DNA from: Rhina ancylostomus
Taxonomy: Eukaryota
NCBI GenBank assembly: GCA_030265395.1
Contig: JARFYF010000084.1
Coordinates: 23,302,058-23,366,057 of the forward strand
DNA: 64,000 nucleotides
Reading direction: 5' to 3'
Made by a program: the position numbers and the translations under genes. Each line of letters opens with the position of its first letter. The first letter of the stretch is position 1. The notes beneath the pieces were generated by a model that was not told the origin of the DNA, did not search any database, and saw only the letters and a program-made list of their open reading frames with translations. This document shows positions 37,340 to 51,894 of this stretch, in pieces.

Positions 37340-40300
37340 GTATGGTACTATATTTGAAATGAGAACCTATTTGTTTTAATGCTTCCTGTAAAAACTTCAA
37401 AAACATTTGCAGAGTTTACGAGCTCATGCAAAATGGAATATCTCAAAGAAAACATAGCAGGTTTTCTTGCTGTTATAATTCCCCAGGCACACAGAAAGCA
37501 GTGTGGATTATATCCATTGTGTCATGACCAATGTACATTCTCCTCGCAATCTTTAATGGATTGGAAGAAGTAGTCACAAGATTTTATTGCTTGTTATCTA
37601 AGGTGGCTTTCATACCTTTTCATGTCTTTTTGAAATTCCTGGATGTTGGTTCGGAATCAGATCTATTATCTCTGACATATGACATGCAATTTCACAATTG
37701 TTATTTCACAATTGCTCATGTTAACAAACAATTAGGCAGATACTCAAATGTACTTTGGATTTCAGATTTTGAGAGACCAATTAGGATTAAACTTCCAAAT
37801 AATTTCATGGAATACTCGATGGTAGTTCACATGAGGGAAGAATGAATCAGTGTTCTGTGCTCAGATCTTAACTGCATCTGAAGTGGCTTAGCAAACCACT
37901 TGGTCGTCATCACCAACTTCTCAAGTAACTTGGTATGTTTGTTAAATGCTGATCTTACCAACAAAGCCTGCTTCTCATGAGAGAATAAAAAAAAGTGTTG
38001 AATATACACAAATGATCAAAGGAGGTGATAGGATGTATAGAGTGAAACTGTTTCCTCTTTTGGGAGGCTGGTCAGGATTGATAACAACAATCACTTCTAT
38101 CTTCTTACAATATTGCATCTTGAGTGCTTTTGTTTGATCAAAGCTAGGCTGTCAGATCCATGATAATGGAACTTCACCAGCTTTCACTCATACTGATTAC
38201 TAAAAGATCATACCCATGCATTCTTAAACATTTTTTTAATCTCTCCTTATGTGCTCCCGCATTTCACTCAAAATAAAATAGTGGATGCCAAGATTGTGAA
38301 GACACCAGGATCTACTTGAAGATGTGCTTTTGTTGCCTGCCTCAAAAGGCTGATGTATATAACTCTTGCTAGCTTGTGTATTTGTTTCATCTGACCTTGG
38401 GGAAAGTCAAGGGCTAGGTGTGTGTACATGTAAACTGAAACATTTACAATTTCTTTGAAGATTTATGACTCTAGAATTGTTTTATGATGTACAACAGCTT
38501 TGGTCCTTCTGGTGACTTCTAACTGTACACATAATGTTATGAGAAGAGCCGACCATTGTATCTGAATTGTCAGCTTCTTGTGTGGGTGAGGCATTCTTTC
38601 AAGGCATTTGTTCTTTTTTCTCCAAACAAACATTGTTATCTACATAAGTCAGTTGTTTCTTAAGCTTTTGAGTCTAAACAACTTGAATAATCAGAGGCTG
38701 ATTATTCTGTCAACCACATGACTTGTTTTCCTGCCTGCATGTTTACAACATATACTCAGTTTAGCCAGCAATAACCAATTTGGAAAAACAGAAGACACAT
38801 CAACTCATAATTCCTTTAAGATAATATAATAATTAAATAATTTCTGAAGCCATTAGTTCTCTAACGACTTACTGCCAGCAATGAAACAACCAGCTTCATT
38901 AGTGAATGACCTATATGGAAAATCCAAACAAACTGGATCTGCCAAAAGATCTAAAATTTTGGTAGGGCATTGCATGATGCCCTCATGTCATGGACTAGAA
39001 TGGATCCTACCCATGAAACAGCTGAAAAGGCTTTGACAGCCAATAAGTACTAAGCCAACTGTCAAGACTATTAAGGTCTTTGAAAGCTTTCAAAAGCCCT
39101 TGACATTTAGGAACGTGAAAATATTCAAAACAATTAAAATCACTTTAAAATAAGCCATTCATTCTAAAATTAAAATGGTGTCAGTCCTTTGCAGTCTAAC
39201 CAATTGTAGCAAGTTCACACTCTGCTGCCAGATCCCATGTGGAGTGCATGAGGGGAGATGCTCGCAAAGTATTGCCATATGGTTTGGGATTTCTGCACTT
39301 GTGCTAACTTTTGCTGAGAAATGTTGGTGTTTCCCAGCAACTTCTCACCCACAGTTAATGCACGATATGGGTGACGTAGTTGTGAGGTTGCAAAGCCTCT
39401 TTGTATTTTTACCAAGGTTTTGATAAATACTCTATTGAAATCTGTAACTTTTCAGTTAGAAAGTCACATGTTCTGTACAATTAGTTGCAAAATTCACTCC
39501 AATAAAGTTAGCTATAACAAGTTGGGATGCCACATTTGGTCTAAGTCGGGGAATGGAAATGTCATTTGGGTTTCTTTGCCTTATAAATGTCGCTTGACCC
39601 CTGCTAGAAAGTGCATCATTTAGCGAACACAGATTTAGGTGGAATTGATGTTGTCTTTATGCTTGGTATTCAGATCAAATTTGCTCTCAGAACTCTTAGA
39701 TATTCAGTATCTGTATGTATATATGGATATGTGTGTTAGGAATACCAAGGTCTTAAACATATCACTGTCAAGAAAGGGGAAAGAAAATGCAATTAAGTAG
39801 TTAACTCTTCGAAGAGACCCATAGGTACAAAAGACCAAATGGCTCACTTATTTAAGCCTGTTGAGATCAGCTGTTCTTGCCAGTGGATCCATGGCTCAGC
39901 AGGTGTAGATGTTTCTCAGGAGGGAAGAATAGTAATGCAGGAAAATTGAGGGAGAATTTTTCACTCCTGTGGTTCTGTTGAGTAGAGGTATTTATTTCTG
40001 CAGCAGCATTACCTTTCAGACGATCGGAGGAATTTTTCAAGCACATAGGAATGAGCTTGTTATGCTCAATTCACTTTTNNNNNNNNNNNNNNNNNNNNNN
40101 NNNNNNNNNNNNNNNNNNNNNNNNNNNNNNNNNNNNNNNNNNNNNNNNNNNNNNNNNNNNNNNNNNNNNNNNNNNNNNNNNTTTCAATTTTTTTTGCTGT
40201 TTTTTTTTGTGCAGTTTTCTCACGTCTGACACCCTCTGTCTGAAATCATAAAAATAATAAGTATAGTATTTATTTTCTATTACCTGAGAAGAATTTTAAG

Positions 40301-41840
40301 TTAAAATCAATCTAATCAAGAGAACACATGTTGAAGGCGAGTGGAAAATAGCTCATGTTAACTGATCCAGCAGTGCTCTTGGATTTTGTGCTGAGTACAA
40401 TTTGGTGTTCCATTAACAACTCATCTCTAATTTTAATCTGTTTATCAGGAGTTTCAAATTATGTGAAGATTTGTAGATTTCCACTGCATTGAAAAATGTT
40501 TTTATTCACATAAATAAAAGCCCCTGTCCCCATTATTTTTGCCCTCTGATCCACTTTCCATCTGTGGATTGAATACCCAAACTCTCTATATTTTTTCAGA
40601 TACTTCCCACTCTTTTGCAAAAGATTTTATTTTGAAATTAGTTTTCAGTTAGTTTATACTAATCAGCTCTAATCCTATTATTCTGCTTTACCTTTGAGGC
40701 TGTATCAGAATTTATGTTCATTGATATTTATGTACTTCATTAAGATCCCCATTAAGTTGTTCATTTGCAACTTCTTTCCATTTGGATTCATTCCTGCCAC
40801 CCTTCAGTTCTCCAAAGTTTCCACATCATTTTGTAGCATCCGTAAATTGAGAATCAAAGCCTCATTGGATGTATTCTTTGGCTAAATAAATGCAATAAAT
40901 ACGGAAGAGAATATTGTGTCAGTCCAATTTTTTGGAAGCTGTTCCACAGGATTTACACTTCAATCACAGGATGAAGCATTATGCACAAATTAGAATTTCA
41001 ATGGAGAAATTTCATCTGCATAAGTGAAAGTAAAGGCAACAATACCAAATGACTCCTTTTAAAGGCAAATGTGTACTATTTTGATTTCAGTGGAGAAATC
41101 ATTTTGTACTATTCATGCACATGTGTAAATTTAGCAAATTTCATTTTACATTAACTAATATTCCTCTATATTTTGCAAGCACTTAATGTGTCTTTTGAGC
41201 ATTTTTAATTTGATTATTTTGAGTAATTTTAATTGCCATTTTGAAGTTGCAAATTCATTCTAATTACCACATTGCATTGCTCAACATTTGGTTTGTTCAC
41301 TGTTCCAAGTTTCAGGAAGAAGAGAGTCATAGCTTGTGAATTATTTCTGAGAATCTAATGATGATTAGCCACCAACACTCCATCAAGATAGCCTGTACTT
41401 TGCTGTATTGAAGGCAACCAAACAGATGTTAAATTATACTGTTTAAAAAAAAATACAGTGCTCAAGATAACTACTAAAGTAGATAACTATTTTTCCTGTA
41501 ATAGAATTACAGATTTTAGATTAAATATTTTCCTGCAAAAAGTATTAAGTGCTCTTGGGTAGAGAAATCTGTTTATGTAATACTAATGATGAAAAATAAA
41601 TCACAAAAAATTAAATACTTTGTTGGAGCTTGCATGGATTCAGATGCTCCACCAGTATTACACTCAGAAGGGTCGGCATTAAGTGCTTGTCATAAGAATG
41701 ATTTTTTTTAAAGAATGGTTCCAAATACTGGGGTAGAGTTTNNNNNNNNNNNNNNNNNNNNNNNNNNNNNNNNNNNNNNNNNNNNNNNNNNNNNNNNNNN
41801 NNNNNNNNNNNNNNNNNNNNNNNNNNNNNNNNNNNNNNNN

Positions 41841-42065
41841 NAAATCTTTTCTGAACCCTTTCTAACATCAGTACATCCTTTCTAAGATATGGGGCCCAAA
41901 ACTGTGCACAGTATCCAAATGAGGCCTCACCAGTGCCTCATAGAGCCTCATCAGCACTTCCTTACTTTTATACTTTATACCTCTCGAAATGAATGCTAAC
42001 ATAGCATTCGCTTTCTTTACCACTAATCCGACCTGATGGTTAACCTTTAGAGTATCCTGCACGAG
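41841..42065 (-). mobile_element. CR1 ORF2 fragment
   Basis: VVKKANAMLAFISRGIKYKSKEVLMRLYEALVRPHL and LERVQKRF. Confidence 0.88.
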
Positions 42066-42529
42066 TCCACAGCCTGCAAACAATCAAGTGAGTACATTAA
42101 ATATGTGTTTGTGAAGGTGACAGGACAGTCGATCTGCATAAAACAAGCAGCAAGGAAATAAAATGATAAACTTAGGAGCGGTAAATTTTGGTGAGGAATT
42201 GGTGAAAAGGTTGGTGAATTTTAAATTCAAGTTCAATCCAAACTCCATCTGTATTTGTTTTTCATGATCTTTTAAGATGGCTCGTTGTATGATGCATCCA
42301 AAACTGACTCCACTCACCAATCCATCTATGCACCTTGTCAGAATTGTGAGAAGCTGACCATCCTGAATGTTGAGAAAGTCTTCTCCAATTGTTGTTGTTT
42401 CTTAGGTGGACATGCTTTTAAGTTGATTAATTAGATGAAAAAGCGGTTACTTTTCTAATCAGCTGTCTACCATACACCAACATATTTAGAAGAGCATTAA
42501 TATCCTTTTCAGTATGATTATCTGTACTT

Positions 42530-42935
42530 TTAATTTATTTCATTTTTCAGGATCTGGATATTGTTGGCAAGGTAGGCATTAATTACCTGTACCTAAATTC
42601 TCTTGAGTAAATGCTGGTGAGCCACTTGTAACTGATTGGCTTGCTAGGTCAGTTCAAAAGGGATTTAAGAGTCAATTCCGAGGCGTAGGTCTGAGGTCCA
42701 AACTGGGTAAGGATGTCTGAAGGATGGCTTTTTACAACAATCCAGTAGATTTTTTGACCATCATTATTAGTGATTAGTGTTTGCCATTTTTCCAAATTTA
42801 AAATTTTTGACATAATTTGAATCGCACAGCTACAATGCTATGATATGCTCCATGTACAGACCTCCTGTTTCTGGGCTGTACATGCAGCATTCAGAATTAC
42901 TGGTCCAGTAAATTAACCACTTTGACTCTGTACCA
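42530..42935 (-). mobile_element. tRNA-derived SINE, same family as 61165-61512
   Basis: The reverse complement aligns with the 61165 copy (ggttaatttactggaccagtaa, ggattgttgtaaaaa, ccttgccaacaatatccagatcc). Confidence 0.62.
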
Positions 42936-43089
42936 CAAAATAAGTAGTGGAGTGAAATAAAAATGTTGCTTTAAAATCCATTTCTTACCATGTCAATAAA
43001 ACTGTGCCAGATTGCCACTTGTAAATAAAGGACAGATTACTTACTAATCATTGGAAAAAAGCCATCTAGCTTTTTGTCCCTCTGCCTCC

Positions 43090-44720
43090 TCATTATCTAG
43101 TTAATCATTTTTTTCTTGTTCTCTTCTTAACCCTACAAAATTTTCCCATTCAAATATTTATCCAGTTTTTCTTTGAAAGTTATTATTTCATTTTGCTTCC
43201 ACCATTCTTTCAAGGTTTGCATTCCAGATCACCATATTTTACAGTCCAATAAAATGTTTTTCTTTCATCTCCTTTGGATTTTTTTGAAAGTCTTCTTCGC
43301 TCTTTGTCCTCTGGAAAGAATTTTGCTCGTTTTACTCTTTCAAAATACGATTTTGAGCATCTCCCTTGATCTCTCTTCTAATCTTTTCTGCTTTGAAAAG
43401 AATTCCATTCTTTTCACACAACTGTTTTCTCATCCTGTTCTCGTTAATGTCTTCTACATCTTCCCTGAGACCTTGACAACCTTTTTAGTTTGTTTTGCCT
43501 GGAAATGACTATAGCATTCCAACAAGGCATTTGTTCATAAAGCCAAACTGCCCTAATGGTCATCATATCTTGCCCTTATGTCGTCAATGACCTGCATGCA
43601 TAAATCGCAGGCCTCAATGTTTCTAAACCCCCGTAAAACTGTATTTGGTTTATAATGCTTCTCCTTGATCTTGTCAACAATGAATCTTTTCACACTTCTC
43701 TGAAATAAGCCTTATCTGTATGTGCCTGCTCATTTCATCAGTCTGCCTCTATCCTCCTGAAATTTGTTACTGCCATAGAGTCCATGCTGACCAAGGTTCC
43801 CTGCTAAGCTAGTCCCATTTGCCCGCACTTGGCCCATATCCCTCTCAATTTTTTCTATCCATGTGCTGGTCCAAGTACCTTTTAAATGTTGTTAATGTAC
43901 CTACCTCAGACACTTCCTCCTCAGAATTAACTGCATTTGGGCTTCATTCCAATGCAAATTTTGAAATTATATCCAAGATTTTAAAGGAGAGTAGCCCCAA
44001 CACAGTCTGCTTAGAGGGTCCCACCCAGTTTTAAAACTACTGTTTCCTACTGCTCTGTGCTTTTAGTCTTTTAATCATTATCTTATCACGTAGGTACTGT
44101 CCTTTTACTTCCATGGATTTTAATATTATTTATACTTTAGGTATCTGTGGTAATTTGTGAAATATTTCTTGAAAGTCCATGTATGCAACTTAAATCACAC
44201 TATCCCCATTAACTCTTCTTGTTACTTAATCAAATAATTCAATCAAGTTAATTAAAGATAATTATTCTTCAAGAAGTTTCTGTTGACTTTAATAGAACAT
44301 AGAATGGTACAGCACGGAAATGAGCGCTTCAGCCCACAATGTCGGTGCCAACAATGATGCCAATTTAAGCTGTGCATCTGCCTGCAGGTACCCTATATCC
44401 CTCCATCCCCTGCATGTTCATACACCTATCTAAATATCTCTTAAATGTTGCTGTCATATCTGCTGCCACCACCAAAGAAAACAACTTTCCTTGCAAATCT
44501 CCCTTGCATTTTCCCCTTGCGGTTTAAAGCTATTATTTGGCATCCCCACTCTGGGAAAAAGACTCTACCTAGTCTATCTATGCCTTTCATAATTTTATAT
44601 AGTTCTATCAGGTGCTAACCTGCATTTTTCCAAGTGCCGGTTAATTTTGTACCAAGCTATCAACTCTTAAAGCTTCCCCTCAGCCAATATTTGGCTGGTT
44701 GGTCTGTGGTTATCTCTGAG
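43090..44720 (-). mobile_element. Old CR1 ORF2 relic carrying two younger CR1 3'-tail insertions (43780-43920, 44292-44612)
   Basis: The reverse of gaaagtccatgtatg gives YMDFQ. Tail motifs ctagtcccatttgcccgcacttggcccatatccc and atagaacatagaatggtacagcac. Confidence 0.62.
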
Positions 44721-45799
44721 GAAACTGGAATTCTCTACCACAGATGAGCAATGGATGATTAGTCTTACTGTGTATTAATGGCTGAGATTTATACATATTT
44801 AGATCGTAAAGGAATCAAAGGATGACGAGGGTGGATTTGAGGATGACGATTCAAGAGTCTCTCCTGTTTCTATCAAGTTTATGGTCAATTTTGTAACATN
44901 NNNNNNNNNNNNNNNNNNNNNNNNNNNNNNNNNNNNNNNNNNNNNNATTCAGTTTTCCTCTACCATTTGCCTCCACCAAACATCCTGGCAAGCCTCCCTT
45001 TCTTTAATGTTTCCTGTCCCATACCATTGCACAAGTTCTACTCATTCATGAAATATGCACTAATTATGCGTAACAGGAAACTCTTCAGTAGTTCCTTTTG
45101 TTTCAGAGACATTTTAGGTCAGTAAGCAACTGCATAGCTGTGTCAGCAGTCAGGGAAGTGCAAATGCAATTTAGAAAATTACATTGTTCAGACCAACAAT
45201 AGCTATTTAGTCTAGAGTCTACTTTGTTAAAGTTGAGCATTAATAATTAAAAAATAAATCCAGTAAATCATGGAGAAGTGGTTAAAAAGCTCACCTTGGG
45301 CCTTTTATGGTTTTGAGTTGGTCCCAGTGGGGACTTGGGTCATTTCCCACCTCTCAACTGGTGTTGGTTTTCTGTGTGAAGGCATAAATGTTACAGCCAT
45401 TGATCTCCACAGAAATGTTTATTTTAATCCATGAATGATCTGTTATTGAATTGTCATGTTTTGAATTATAACTGCCTTCAATCTGATGTTTATAGTCTGA
45501 AAAAAAATTGTTTTAATCTTTCATTTCATTTTCCCTTCCTGCACTGCAAATTATTCTGGATTTTAAGAGTACAGTTGAGTGCCACATTGTGGGGCCAAGC
45601 CAGTTTAGTTGACACATCCACTGTATTGCTTGGAGTTCTTGTACACCCCACAAGATCCCAAAATGAGGAAATTTAGCAGTGCCCACTAAATTGCAGAAAT
45701 ATTCCAGGGCTGCCCAATGACTTGCTTTAAACTGTACTGTTCCTTATTCTGCAAGTAGCTATTTTGTGCACAGCTATATCAGGAACACAGCACTGTGAG

Positions 45800-46349
45800 G
45801 AGTCTTATCAATGATTTGGATGAGAATATACAAGGCATGATTTGTAAATTTGCAGATGACACTAAAATAGGTAGTGTTGTCAGTGAAGATGGTTATCAGG
45901 ATTTACAGAGGGATCTTAGTCAGCTGGGTAAGTGGGCCCTGGAGTGGAGTTTAATTTGGAAAAGTGTTGAGGTGTTGCACTTTGGGAAGACAAATCAGGG
46001 TAGGACCTTCACAGTGAATGGTAGAGCCCTAGGTAATGCTGGAGAAAACAGAGGAACCGAGGGGTACAAATACAGAGTTCCCTGAAAATGGCCTTGCAGG
46101 TAGACAGGGTGGTAAAGAAGGCTTCTGCCATGCTGGCTTCCATTAGTCAGGCCATTGAATGTTATGTTGCAATTGTACAAGATGTTGGTGAGGCTGCATT
46201 TGGAATATTGTGTTCAGTTTTGGTTACCCTGCTATAGGAAAGATGCCTTTAAGCTGGAAAGAGTACAAAGGATATTTACGAGGATGTTGGTGGGACTTGA
46301 GGGACTGAGTTATGGAGAAAAGTTGAACAAGTTGGGACTTTTTTTCTTT
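45800..46349 (+). mobile_element. CR1 RT fragment running into a long gap
   Basis: INDLDENIQGMICKFADDTKIG...LQRDL and LYKMLVRLHLEYCVQFWLPCYRKDAFKLERVQR. Confidence 0.92.
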
Positions 46350-47132
46350 NNNNNNNNNNNNNNNNNNNNNNNNNNNNNNNNNNNNNNNNNNNNNNNNNNN
46401 NNNNNNNNNNNNNNNNNNNNNNNNNNNNNNNNNNNNNNNNNNNNNNNNNNNNNNNNNNNNNNNNNNNNNNNNNNNNNNNNNNNNNNNNNNNNNNNNNNNN
46501 NNNNNNNNNNNNNNNNNNNNNNNNNNNNNNNNNNNNNNNNNNNNNNNNNNNNNNNNNNNNNNNNNNNNNNNNNNNNNNNNNNNNNNNNNNNNNNNNNNNN
46601 NNNNNNNNNNNNNNNNNNNNNNNNNNNNNNNNNNNNNNNNNNNNNNNNNNNNNNNNNNNNNNNNNNNNNNNNNNNNNNNNNNNNNNNNNNNNNNNNNNNN
46701 NNNNNNNNNNNNNNNNNNNNNNNNNNNNNNNNNNNNNNNNNNNNNNNNNNNNNNNNNNNNNNNNNNNNNNNNNNNNNNNNNNNNNNNNNNNNNNNNNNNN
46801 NNNNNNNNNNNNNNNNNNNNNNNNNNNNNNNNNNNNNNNNNNNNNNNNNNNNNNNNNNNNNNNNNNNNNNNNNNNNNNNNNNNNNNNNNNNNNNNNNNNN
46901 NNNNNNNNNNNNNNNNNNNNNNNNNNNNNNNNNNNNNNNNNNNNNNNNNNNNNNNNNNNNNNNNNNNNNNNNNNNNNNNNNNNNNNNNNNNNNNNNNNNN
47001 NNNNNNNNNNNNNNNNNNNNNNNNNNNNNNNNNNNNNNNNNNNNNNNNNNNNNNNNNNNNNNNNNNNNNNNNNNNNNNNNNNNNNNNNNNNNNNNNNNNN
47101 NNNNNNNNNNNNNNNNNNNNNNNNNNNNNNNN

Positions 47133-47225
47133 GACCAATGTACCTGCCTCCACCACCACCCCAGGCAGTGTATTCCATGCCCCAACCACTCTCTGGGTAA
47201 AAAAACCTCCCTCTGATATCTCCCT
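47133..47225 (-). mobile_element. CR1 C-terminal fragment
   Basis: FFTQRVVGAWNTLPGVVVEAGTL. Confidence 0.75.
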
Positions 47226-47759
47226 TACTACTCCAGTACAGTTTCTGGTCAAAGGTAATTCCCCAGGATATTGACAATGAAATGCTTTACCTCTACATTA
47301 TTCACCACCCATTGTTTATTTCTTAGCCTGATTACTGTGTTTCACTAGTTCCTTTTTTGTTCCACTTGAAGCTGTTACTTGTTTCTTCAGTTAAAGTAGC
47401 TGAAAAGCTTGATTGACTGCTATTGCAATTAAGTGAACTGAACTTGGATGCCGTTTCAGTGAGAAGTGAAGCAGAATTGACATTTCATAATCTTTGTTGC
47501 TTAGATGCTTTTGGCCATTGGCATGTTATATTGAATCTTTGCAGCAGTAACACACATTCAGTGTTGGGAGAAGGAACATAGATCCCAGGGATGAAATGGA
47601 TTTTTTGTAAAATTTTGGTTTCTGGTCAAGAAAGCTATCAGCCCTGGTATTTGTTAGAGTCAGTGGTCATTTCACTTTGAATGAGGACAAAATAATGCCT
47701 TTAAGGGAAAATAAAGAACAACATAGCAAATGGTGATGGTGCAGCTTGCATCCAGAAAC

Positions 47760-47975
47760 CTAGATTAAAAGCCTGTGTTCAAATCCTGTGATGACAGCTG
47801 TTAATAATTTGGATCTTTTTTCAAAAAGAATTTCCATTTAAAAGTGATCACCACAAAACCACCAGTTTGTTTTAAAAATCCATCTGGTTCTCTCATGTCT
47901 TTAAGGAGAGGAAATGTTCTATCCTTACTGTGTCTGAACTGTCTGTGAAGGCAAGCTCATATTGTAGTTGACCGA
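47760..47975 (+). mobile_element. tRNA-derived SINE fragment (61165 family)
   Basis: gtgttcaaatcc B-box, then aaaaatccatctggttctctcatgtctttaaggagaggaaatg..tatccttac. Confidence 0.55.
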
Positions 47976-50900
47976 GCAATACTGTCAAATGTTGAAATCT
48001 GCTGTTTTTACAGATTCTGGATTCCTTGTGGGATTCAACTAGTTCAGCTGAGAGCAGTCCAAACTTTGCCTGAAAGCTTGGAGTTTAGCTGATGGGCCAA
48101 GCTTCCAATCCTTAGCATCCCTTTCTCCTACCTTTCGACTTTGGCTAAATTGTATTGATTCATCCTCATTTAATGCTTTGCCCAGGAAACTGATGAGGCA
48201 CAAAATAGACATTCTGCTGGTGCTGGATATCTGAAATAAAAGCAGAAAATTCTCAGCAAATCAGGCAGTATCTGTGAAGAAAGATACTGAGTTAATGTTT
48301 CAGGATACGATAGACATTGTTGCAGTCATCTCTAAAGCTTATAATGGATTTATATGTCAAGATATTGCTGTAAAATATATGAACAAAATCCTAATCCTGG
48401 AGTTAATGGTTGTACTCCTTTGGTAAATTTCTGGCTTAGGTTGCGTAGAAAAATCAGACACATTGAGAGTATGAATGGGATGATTTCTTTTCAATATTAA
48501 TCAAATACAATTCTGCACACAGCCATTTTTGACAAGAGTTTCAATACATGACGTGCTTTTGAAACTGCCTTCAGTTGTATGTCACTGTTTTCAGTGGCTA
48601 ATAACGTTTCATTGTTACTGGCAGACTACATTGCACTCTGGAGGAACTACCTGTAACATTTGACCCTAGTGCAAACAGAAGTAGTGATTAAACTGGTGCA
48701 AACAATATCCATCACTTTTCATCTTGTGCGTAAAGAAAGCAATGTTCTGTAAACTCAAAGTTTGGAAGAGGTGAGCTTGTTTGTGAAAGGTATTTTCAGA
48801 ACATGCGTCACAAGCTCTTTTGCTGATTTTTTTCAGGTAGTGCTTCAAGGATGTTGCCAATTTGCATTGAAGAGACTTTGTATTTTCCGAATGAAGTGTT
48901 GAACTGTCAAAAAACAGCAAAATGTTGTCAAGTGAAGCTTGTGTTGGAAATACTCAGTAGGTTGGGCACTATTTGCAGACATAATGTTTATGTTCAGCTC
49001 AATTAAAAGAGCAGAAGACATAGGAGCAGGAGTTGGCCATTTGGTTCCTTGTGCCTGCTCCACCATTCAGTAGTGTTTTGGAATATCTTTTACCTCAGCA
49101 CCACTTTCCTGCACTTAGACTTCATCATTTGATTCCCTTGATATCTTAAAATTTATCAATCTAAAGATCCACATCTGAAACTAATTTTCTTTTCCTTCTG
49201 CAGATGTTGACTATGCTTTTTCCATGACTATTGTTTGTCTTTCAGATTGTCTGCATTTGCAACATTTCTGTGAGTTTTTTATTAATGATTATTGAGAGGT
49301 TAATTATTAGCATGTAACAAATAAAACAAAAAGACAGGGAAGTGGTAAGATTGTGCAAAATAGTGACTATTCTCATTGAGAAGAGGATTTTTTTTCATCT
49401 CTAAGAACACAGATGAAAAGTGAATCAGTTGAGAGTCCAGGTGCAAAATTTGCTATAGACTAAAGATGTAGCAGGGAAGTGGTAACTGATTCTTATGTCC
49501 AAGAGACAAAATTGATGAGCCCTGCATTAGAGAAATTAAACTGGGTGCTGTCACAATGTTGGCATTTTAGAAACACTCGGTGAAGTAGTTTAAGTATAAA
49601 TCTTAACGCCTTATGCAATTAAAGTGGAAGGGGGACCCCCCTCTGGTAAACTCTGCATTGTAAAGTTTGAAGTTGAATGAAAGCACTGGAATTTCAGCTT
49701 TGAAAATAAATGATAGAATAAAAGAAGTAGTTGAGGATATCAAAAGAAAACTTAATTGGTGAAATGATGAATAGGCAAGTGAATATGTGTAATTTGTTAC
49801 AAAAATTGATATTCTTATTTTAAGTCAAAGAGACTGAAGCAAACAATTTAAGATGGTAACCAGAGAGTGAAGACTCTACCCTTACTTATCAACAGCTGTG
49901 GCTGTATTAAAATCTGGATAATGATGGAGGAATGTTGGTGAGCAGAAACAAATCTTATGTACAAGGAGATTAAACCGATGGCCCAGAGTTGGTAGCCAGG
50001 AATGAAATAATGGTGCTATTCATTATCATTATACATGCTTGCTTTTTGTGAAACTTTCTGTGGGCTTTTGGATGAGAACTTTTACAGATTTTAAGGCCAT
50101 TTCACTGCATGGCCCCTCATAGGGGATCAGTGACCTGAGGGGACAGGACCATATATCTCTTATGTATAAAAAGAATCGAAGAACTAACAGAGGCATGGAT
50201 GGCCTCAACAACAAAGGTAAGTTTGACCATTTACTTCAGTGCAAAATTATAGAAGTAAAATAGAGAGAATAAAAGAAAAATGAGATGGAGAAATAGAAAA
50301 ATTATATATTTTGTTTTAAGAAAATTATATAACTGCAGGTAAAATCTGGAAGGAATGAGATGTCACAGTTAATTTTTAGTGCCAGAGACCCTGTAATTAA
50401 GAATAATTATTTACCCTGGAATAGATAAACCCCACCTTTTTTAAGCATGTTTTTGGGTGTGTTTAGAGCAATCTCACACCCTTCCATATATTTCAGTGCC
50501 ATACCTTTCTCCAGGGGGGTCCTGGTTTCGCAAAGCTTCTGGAGGAGCAAGGAAATTCTGACAGAAACTTCCTGATGTCCACATGAGCATGTATTTGTGT
50601 GGTTGTTGAATGTTACTGTTAAGTTTGCACTGTAATAAGTAATGCTGTTGGCCTAATGGTTACTTCAACCACAAAATAAGGAGAGGATGATATCAGTTCC
50701 CAAGTTGTTGGAAATGAGGGGGGGATTTGAGGAGTTGGCAAGAATTGTTTTTTTGTCAGAGGGGAACAGCAGGTATTTTCAAGGAAAAATTATTAAGAGA
50801 AGTTGGTTATTTAAGAAATGAGGCCATCCAATATATATATGTGTTCCATGTCAAAACAGATTTATTTTTAAATAACTTTATGAAGGAAGCACTTCTAAAG

Positions 50901-51204
50901 TGCATAACCTTATTATACATTAATAAATATTTGGACAACAGCTTACACCCCATCAACCTTAACTGCTGAGGAGAAAGGAATATCATGTTATGGGAGCTTC
51001 CCTCTAATACACAAAAATCTTGACTTTCACATCTGTTGGTATTTTGTGTTGATGCTGGTCAATATCCATAATCCTCTACTTAATACTATTGTGAGTGCAC
51101 CATCAGCAAAAGGGCAGCATTACTTCAGGAAAAGACTCACTGCTACCTTATAATGACAACTCTGGATGTGCAGTAAATCACATCCATTATTCTCCTATAC
51201 AAAT

Positions 51205-51478
51205 GGGGTAGCGGAGTCACTGTCTCAAAGTGCCAGCAACCTGGGATCAATCTTGACTTTGGTATTGTATATATGGACTTTGCACGTTCTCTCTGTGGAT
51301 TTCCTTTGGATGCTCCTGTTTCCTCCCACATCCCAAAGACTTGCAGATTCCTAGGTTAACTGGCCACTGTAAATTATCCTTAGTATGTCAGTGAGTGATA
51401 GAATCTAGTGGGAGTTGATGGGAATGAGGGGAGAATAGAAATAGGATTAATGTAAATTTGAAAGTTGGCTTGGACTTA
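51205..51478 (+). mobile_element. V-SINE (HE1-like)
   Basis: tRNA-like head and V-domain ggactttgcacgttctctctgtggatttcctttggatgctcctgtttcctcccacatcccaaagac, then ggttaactggccactgtaaatt. Confidence 0.8.
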
Positions 51479-51479
51479 A

Positions 51480-51775
51480 CATTGAACAGAACAGCACGGG
51501 AACAGGCCATTCAGCCCACAATGTCTGTGCTGACCATGATGCAAACTAAACTGATTCCCATCTGCCTGCAATAGTCTATATCCCTCTTTTGTCCTGCCTG
51601 TTCATAAGCCTGTCTAAATGCCTCTTCAACCTTGCTATCATATCTTGCTTCCACCAGCACCCATGACAGTGCACTCCAGGCACCTACCATTCTCTGCGTA
51701 TAGGTAAAAAAAAAATCTCATAAATCTCCTTTAAACTTTCCCCATCTCACCTCAAAGCTGTGACCTCTGATCTTA
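51480..51775 (-). mobile_element. CR1 3'-tail fragment
   Basis: acagcacgggaacaggccattcagcccacaatgtctgtgctgacc. Confidence 0.75.
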
Positions 51776-51894
51776 GATAAAAGGTCAGCCAATTTAGACC
51801 TATGGTTAGGGAATGTTTCTTTGCTAATAGAGTTATGAATCATTGGAGTTCCATGATCCAGCAGACTGTGATGCTTTGATATTGAGTGCAAGAT

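Noticed and set aside
46155-47277. Longest ORFs in the track (291-353 aa)
   Set aside because: Almost entirely N-gap. The real ends are CR1 fragments on opposite strands.
49310-50040. Possible very old CR1 endonuclease relic
   Set aside because: Too degenerate to support with any clear motif.
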